A stretch of 64,000 nt of DNA from Neophaeotheca triangularis. Lineage: Eukaryota. Each line of letters begins with the position of its first letter. Position 1 is the stretch's first letter. The notes under the pieces are model-generated. The model was given only the letters and a program-made list of their open reading frames with translations, had not been told where the DNA came from and ran no database searches. Positions 59,310 to 64,000 of the stretch are shown in pieces. The position numbers were made by a program, and so were the translations under genes. The DNA lies in the NCBI GenBank assembly GCA_054600435.1, contig BAAIJX010000001.1, positions 434,001-498,000 of the forward strand, read 5' to 3'.

Positions 59310-60126
59310 ATGGGCCTCACAACCACCCACTCTCCGGCCACAACACAGACAGCCAAACCCAGAGTCATCTCATCGACCAAGCCGGCCAACGCATTCGATG
59401 CCCTCGTCCAAGACATTAACAAGATCCTCGGCCCGTCGAGCGGCATAAACAGCGAGGACGTCGATGTCGAGAACATCAAGAACCGCCTAGTCAACTACCA
59501 AAGCAACGAGAAAGAATGGGCTCCCTACGCCTTTGCCGACACAAGTCGAGCCTATACCCGTAATCTGGTTGATGCCGGCAACGGCAAGAGCAACCTCTTG
59601 ATTCTCGTCTGGACTCCTGGCAAAGCGAGTCCCATCCACGACCATGCGGATGCCCACTGCGTTATGAAGATTCTCAAGGGTTCCTTAACGGAGACTCTGT
59701 ACGAATGGCCGTGTCAGGGAAATAGTTCCGCGGCTGGAGAAGGTCCGTCTGGAGTGGGAGAGACGAAATGCCCGTCCACAAAACATACGTGCTCGCATGA
59801 TGGAGGTTTGGAGCCGCATGAGTTGGGCGTGAACCGGAAGACTACATATGATGAGGGCGGTGTCACGTATATGAGCGATCAGCTCGGTCTGCACCGCATT
59901 GCGAATACCAGTGATTCAGAGGTGGCTGTCAGTCTGCATTGTGAGTGACTTGGACGAACTGCTGGTGGTGATACAGTAATACTGACCTCATTCTTCTTCT
60001 TCTTCAGTGTACACTCCCCCCAACGCTGCCAGACACGGATGCCATATTTTCGATCAGTCAACTGGCAAGAAGAGCCATGTAAATCAGTCGAATTTCTATT
60101 CCGAATTCGGTGTGAAGCTTGGTTGA
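59310..60126 (+). CDS. CDO1: Cysteine dioxygenase; exons 59310-59940, 60008-60126
   Basis: YTRNLVDAGNGKSNLLILVW, SPIHDHADAHCVMKIL, LGLHRI and SLHLYTPP (three-His iron site plus crosslink Cys/Tyr). Confidence 0.95.
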
Positions 60127-60710
60127 ATGGGAGTAAATCTAAAAATGAGAGGGATTTAGGTTACTGTGGTCTAGCGATGGAGTCTGGCGTTTATGTCTGA
60201 ATGAAAATGGCAGTGGTCAGCAGGCCGCGAACACTGATATATTTGGGATTAACTATCTTTATCTTATTACGTATGCCCTTCAACATAGTTTACGATGAAT
60301 ACGAAAAATGGTTTGTCGAGTCTGTGTTGATGCATCTGGCAGCTCTCGCAACAGACTTCGCATCTCGCGTTCAGAACCGAGCAAGCTCGAAAAGTACCCT
60401 CCCTGTAGCTCTCTCCCTCCGCCACCTACAAATACCCGTGGACTAGTACCTCCTAGAGACAGAAAGTACCTACCTTAGCTATGCGATCTAACGACGGTGA
60501 TGTTCGGAATGTAGGTGCAACCTGAGGCAACACGCATAATATGAATAGATGGTAATATACGATTGTTGTTATCGAGGTACTGCTGTGCTGTGTTCCGTTC
60601 CAAGCCTCCAAGACCTACTATGTACTATTATGTACCTGGAAGCCGGTCCAAGATTGCGCTAGAGCAGAATGGACGGCATCGATTGGCTCGCAAGGGCTCG
60701 CAAGCATCTC

Positions 60711-60713
<3 letters not shown>

Positions 60714-60744
<31 letters not shown>
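60714..60744 (+). repeat. (TC)n microsatellite, about 15 units
   Basis: Seen directly in the sequence. Confidence 0.95.
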
Positions 60745-60749
<5 letters not shown>

Positions 60750-61302
60750 CACAAACCTGCCTGCCTCAACCCTTGTAACTAGTACTAGTAACTTACCTAC
60801 TCCGCATGGCTTGTTGATCCCTCCTTTCGCTCAGTCGAGAGCGTCGCGGCCCTCCTTTGCGAATGCTTGGTATTATCACGCTGCAGCAGCCACCCGTGAA
60901 ACAAACACGGCTATAATAAACCTGCAAGGACGGTAGGTAAGGTAGGTACAAAGACTATCTAGGTAATAGCCCTTTCGCTGCCTGTCTTCCCTTTTGTCTT
61001 CTTTCTCGTCTTCTTTCCAAGCTGTTGTTGTTACTGTTGTCGTCGTTGGTGTTGTTGCGTACTTGCCAAACGGGAGACCATCACTGCTACCTCCCGCCTA
61101 CAGCACACCTTGGCTCCGTGTCTTGGTGTGACGCTGCCAATAACCGCCTTCTCCATCTTGAATCGTGGGAAAACTACCACTCCACCTCGAGCACGCGTAC
61201 CCGGATCTCTACTGCTGTCGTTTCGACTTCTTCATTAACTAGGCATTAAACCTCAGGCAAGTCGACAAGTCGATCTTTCGACACCTCCAACCTCTCCCAC
61301 AC

Positions 61303-62955
61303 ATGGCTCCACCCTCCCCACCAGAGGCTCCCAGAGCCGGCAACCGCGCGCGTGCTGGCACCGGCGGCAGTGTTAAGAGCGCGGCCAACAGCGTACGATC
61401 TGTCGGCGCTTCATTACTCGAAAAAGACCTCCCGCATGGTTTTCTGGCTGCTACGGCCGAGGCGACTGCGAAAGCCCCCACAATCAGCGACATTAGGAGA
61501 GGGAGTTATGGCTCGGAAGGCTGGAACGGTGCAGCTCAGATGGAGCGGCGGAGGAGCAGTGCGAGTGACGGGAGGCCGGGTGGTGTGAGGAGGACGAGCA
61601 GTGGGATGACAAGTGGCAGTGGAAGAGTGTTGCCTAGGAGGAGAAGCTCTGGAACGCCTTTGGGAAGCCCGACGGATCAAGGCGAGAACGAAGAACCGAC
61701 TTCGCCGTTTCCTGCTTTGGTGGAGGAGCCGGGTGAAGCTGATCGCTTGTCTAGTAAGCAAAGTCGGTGGCAGGATGATAAGATGAGGAGATCGACGGAA
61801 GACTACGAAGAGGAGCAGGTCGAGTATGCCGGCCAACATTATACGAATAACAAGGACGCCACAACCGATTCTGCCGGCTCTCTGGGGGACAAGCAACCCG
61901 ACTTGGAAATCCACGAAAAGCGGCGCAGACCTGAGAAAAAGCAAGACGACGAACCTCATTTCATCCGCAATCAGGACCGCGCTCATTCGTCAGGCTACAT
62001 TCCCCCTCCAAAGATTCCCTGGACGACCTCCACGGTTGTCGGCACCAAGGCCTTCCTCAAATGGTTCATCACGCCATTCGGCTTCTTGCTAACCGTCTAT
62101 GGCTTGAACGTCGTAGCCTGGGGCGGCATGCTGTTTCTACTCTTGTTGAACGCAGCACCGGCAATGTGTAGCCAGGACACCCCCGAAAACAATTTCGACG
62201 GCTGCAACGACATTGGCTCACCCCGCCGCATCTGGGTCGAACACACTAGTCAAATTCTCAACGCCCTTTTCTGCGTGACTGGTTTCGGCCTAATCCCGTG
62301 GAGGTTCCGAGATTTCTATTACCTCCTCCGCTGGCGTCTATGCTCCGAGAAGAAAAAGGGTCGCGAGCAAAAACTCTACGGCATGCGCAAGCTAGCCGGT
62401 TTCCACCGCAACTGGTTCCGCCTACCCGGCAGCGACACGCTCGACGAGTTCACGGCAAGCGAATACGAGCGCAGCATCTACACCGCCCCAAAACCCGCCC
62501 CAGGCACCTCATCCACAACTTCCTCTTCCCTACACCCCACCACCACCGACTCAACCACCCTCGACGACCTCCCAACCAGCGACCCCCGCCTCCCGCTCCC
62601 CCTTTCCAAAACCCCACTTCCCCCTCTCACCGGCGTGCGCGCCCCACCAACCGCCCCCTGGAAACTCGACTTCTTCATCTGGTGCCAGATCTGGAACACC
62701 ATCTTCCAGTCCTTCCTCGCCGGTTTCATGTGGGGCATGGACCGCTTCGAGCGCCCGCCCTGGAGTACGGGGTTATTTGTCGCTCTGGCTTGCATCATCG
62801 CCGCCGTCGGCGGGATTATGAGTTTCGTAGAGGGCAAGAAGGTCAAGAAGGTCGAGGGGGTTGGGGAGAGGGAGACGCCCGCGGAGAGTGCCATTGATGG
62901 CGATGATGTTGAAATGGGGAAGGTTAAGGTTGGGGATGGAAGAGAAGCGAAGTAA
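61303..62955 (+). CDS. DUF2985 membrane protein (550 aa)
   Basis: YGLNVVAWGGMLFLLL, RRIWVEHTSQILNALFCVTGFGLIPWRFRD and FMWGMDRFERPPWSTG. Confidence 0.88.
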   Translation: MAPPSPPEAPRAGNRARAGTGGSVKSAANSVRSVGASLLEKDLPHGFLAATAEATAKAPTISDIRRGSYGSEGWNGAAQMERRRSSASDGRPGGVRRTSSGMTSGSGRVLPRRRSSGTPLGSPTDQGENEEPTSPFPALVEEPGEADRLSSKQSRWQDDKMRRSTEDYEEEQVEYAGQHYTNNKDATTDSAGSLGDKQPDLEIHEKRRRPEKKQDDEPHFIRNQDRAHSSGYIPPPKIPWTTSTVVGTKAFLKWFITPFGFLLTVYGLNVVAWGGMLFLLLLNAAPAMCSQDTPENNFDGCNDIGSPRRIWVEHTSQILNALFCVTGFGLIPWRFRDFYYLLRWRLCSEKKKGREQKLYGMRKLAGFHRNWFRLPGSDTLDEFTASEYERSIYTAPKPAPGTSSTTSSSLHPTTTDSTTLDDLPTSDPRLPLPLSKTPLPPLTGVRAPPTAPWKLDFFIWCQIWNTIFQSFLAGFMWGMDRFERPPWSTGLFVALACIIAAVGGIMSFVEGKKVKKVEGVGERETPAESAIDGDDVEMGKVKVGDGREAK

Positions 62956-63677
62956 GGCGCGTCGGGGCTACGGGAGTGAGAAGATACCTAGCGTTTATCT
63001 CTTTTCTTGTTTCCCGAAGCGAGGGCGCTGGGTTTTGTGAGCGTTCTGGGGCCGGGATGTTGGTTGTAGACAAATGTCTGCAATTGTCTTAAAGGGGCCT
63101 GAGTCAATTTATAGTGTATAGCAGGCCGACTGGCAACATTCCCTTGCGATCCTCGACATCAGTCTCACGATTGCAAGTGGTGATGGTGGCAACCTAACCG
63201 TGACGCCAAGCCATAACAGCGAAAACAATGCTTTCCTAAACAGCCGTTACCAGTGATGCCCCCCTTCCCAACCGGCGCCGGCGTCCAAGCACCCCCAGAG
63301 CGTTATCGTCAGATCGCCACCACCCTGCCAACGGGCTCGTAAGCCCCAACAAGCGACTCGTGCGGCCACGGCGACGAGATCCAAAAAAAAAAATTATCTT
63401 TCCGGCGTGTGAAGAGCTAGGGCTGGCTTCTGCTGGCGTGCTCAGTCTTTGTAGTAAATTTCTGACTTTTGTCTTTTTGTCTGACCGCTGTTGGTGGGAG
63501 CTGGCGCGATGTTTTCTGCTTCTTGTTTGCGATTTCGAGGGGGGTTTTTTTTCTAACGATTCGGCAAGGGATGTAGGTGAGTGCTTAGCTTGGCGGTGGC
63601 AAGGGGCGGAGAAGAGTCGGCGAGGAGGTGGCATATAGCAAAGTGTCTTGCGCTTCGGGGACGGCGAGGAGATGGCC

Positions 63678-63699
63678 TTTTTTTTTTTTTTTTTTTTTT
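63678..63699 (+). repeat. Poly(T)22 tract
   Basis: Seen directly in the sequence. Confidence 0.95.
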
Positions 63700-64000
63700 G
63701 GTGGCGGGGCCTTTGGAGATTGATTGGTACACTGGTCTACCTTTCCTCGTCCTTAATAATTGGCAGGTTCGGTAATATCGGCACTTGTTCTCGTTGTCGT
63801 TGTGACCTGCGAGGCTTTCGGTTACTCTTTGGTTCGGGTTGGCCCGAGCATCTTCATCCAGCTTTAGGTACCTGGTGAATGAGCGTCGAATGATCGTTTG
63901 ATGGCGATGTGTGTGAGCAACGGGCCGTATGGATGCATGAGGTTGGCAGTGGAGATTGTATACTTGTGGGATCTTTCAGTAGATCTCAACATTCCATCAC

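Noticed and set aside
63236..63634. 132-aa minus-strand ORF near the window end
   Set aside because: Runs through homopolymer tracts, with no domain or codon bias.
1..64000. Secondary-metabolite cluster, transposon, Starship element, TPP riboswitch or CRISPR array
   Set aside because: No PKS/NRPS/terpene synthase, transposase, reverse transcriptase, tyrosine recombinase, terminal repeats, riboswitch core or spaced repeats were seen.

Overview
Gene-dense eukaryotic DNA from a filamentous ascomycete (Pezizomycotina; a black-yeast/Chaetothyriales affinity is my low-confidence impression). It has short spliceosomal introns with GTRAGT-type donors, CTRAC branch sites and YAG acceptors. I can support about 30 protein-coding genes, mostly housekeeping: SLS1-like, TEF1, TAD1, Nudix hydrolase, two amino-acid/choline permeases, GH28 exopolygalacturonase, GNAT, SET-domain protein, PDC/ARO10-like decarboxylase, BNA3, GST, DUF3602, Rua1-like, SEC39, ALKBH6-like, rhodopsin-domain protein, SEN15, glutaredoxin, DUF1857, a small secreted Cys-rich protein, M20 amidohydrolase, EFM7/NNT1, MED10, CDO1, DUF2985 and several conserved hypotheticals. 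I found no transposon, CRISPR array, rRNA, intact tRNA or secondary-metabolite backbone gene, so I cannot claim a new multi-gene system. The most interesting signals are at fine scale: a probable non-AUG (AUU) start adding a mitochondrial presequence to glutaredoxin; two more dual-start genes; an intron whose acceptor reads TGG instead of YAG; an obligatory GC-AG intron; a tail-to-tail aminotransferase plus 2-oxoacid decarboxylase pair resembling the Ehrlich pathway; a GaaR element before the pectinase; a C-rich to G-rich switch at gene 3' ends; a recurring TACCTWM intergenic motif; and an uncharacterised protein with AP-1/GGA ear-binding motifs. All family calls come from recognising motifs by eye, not from database searches.
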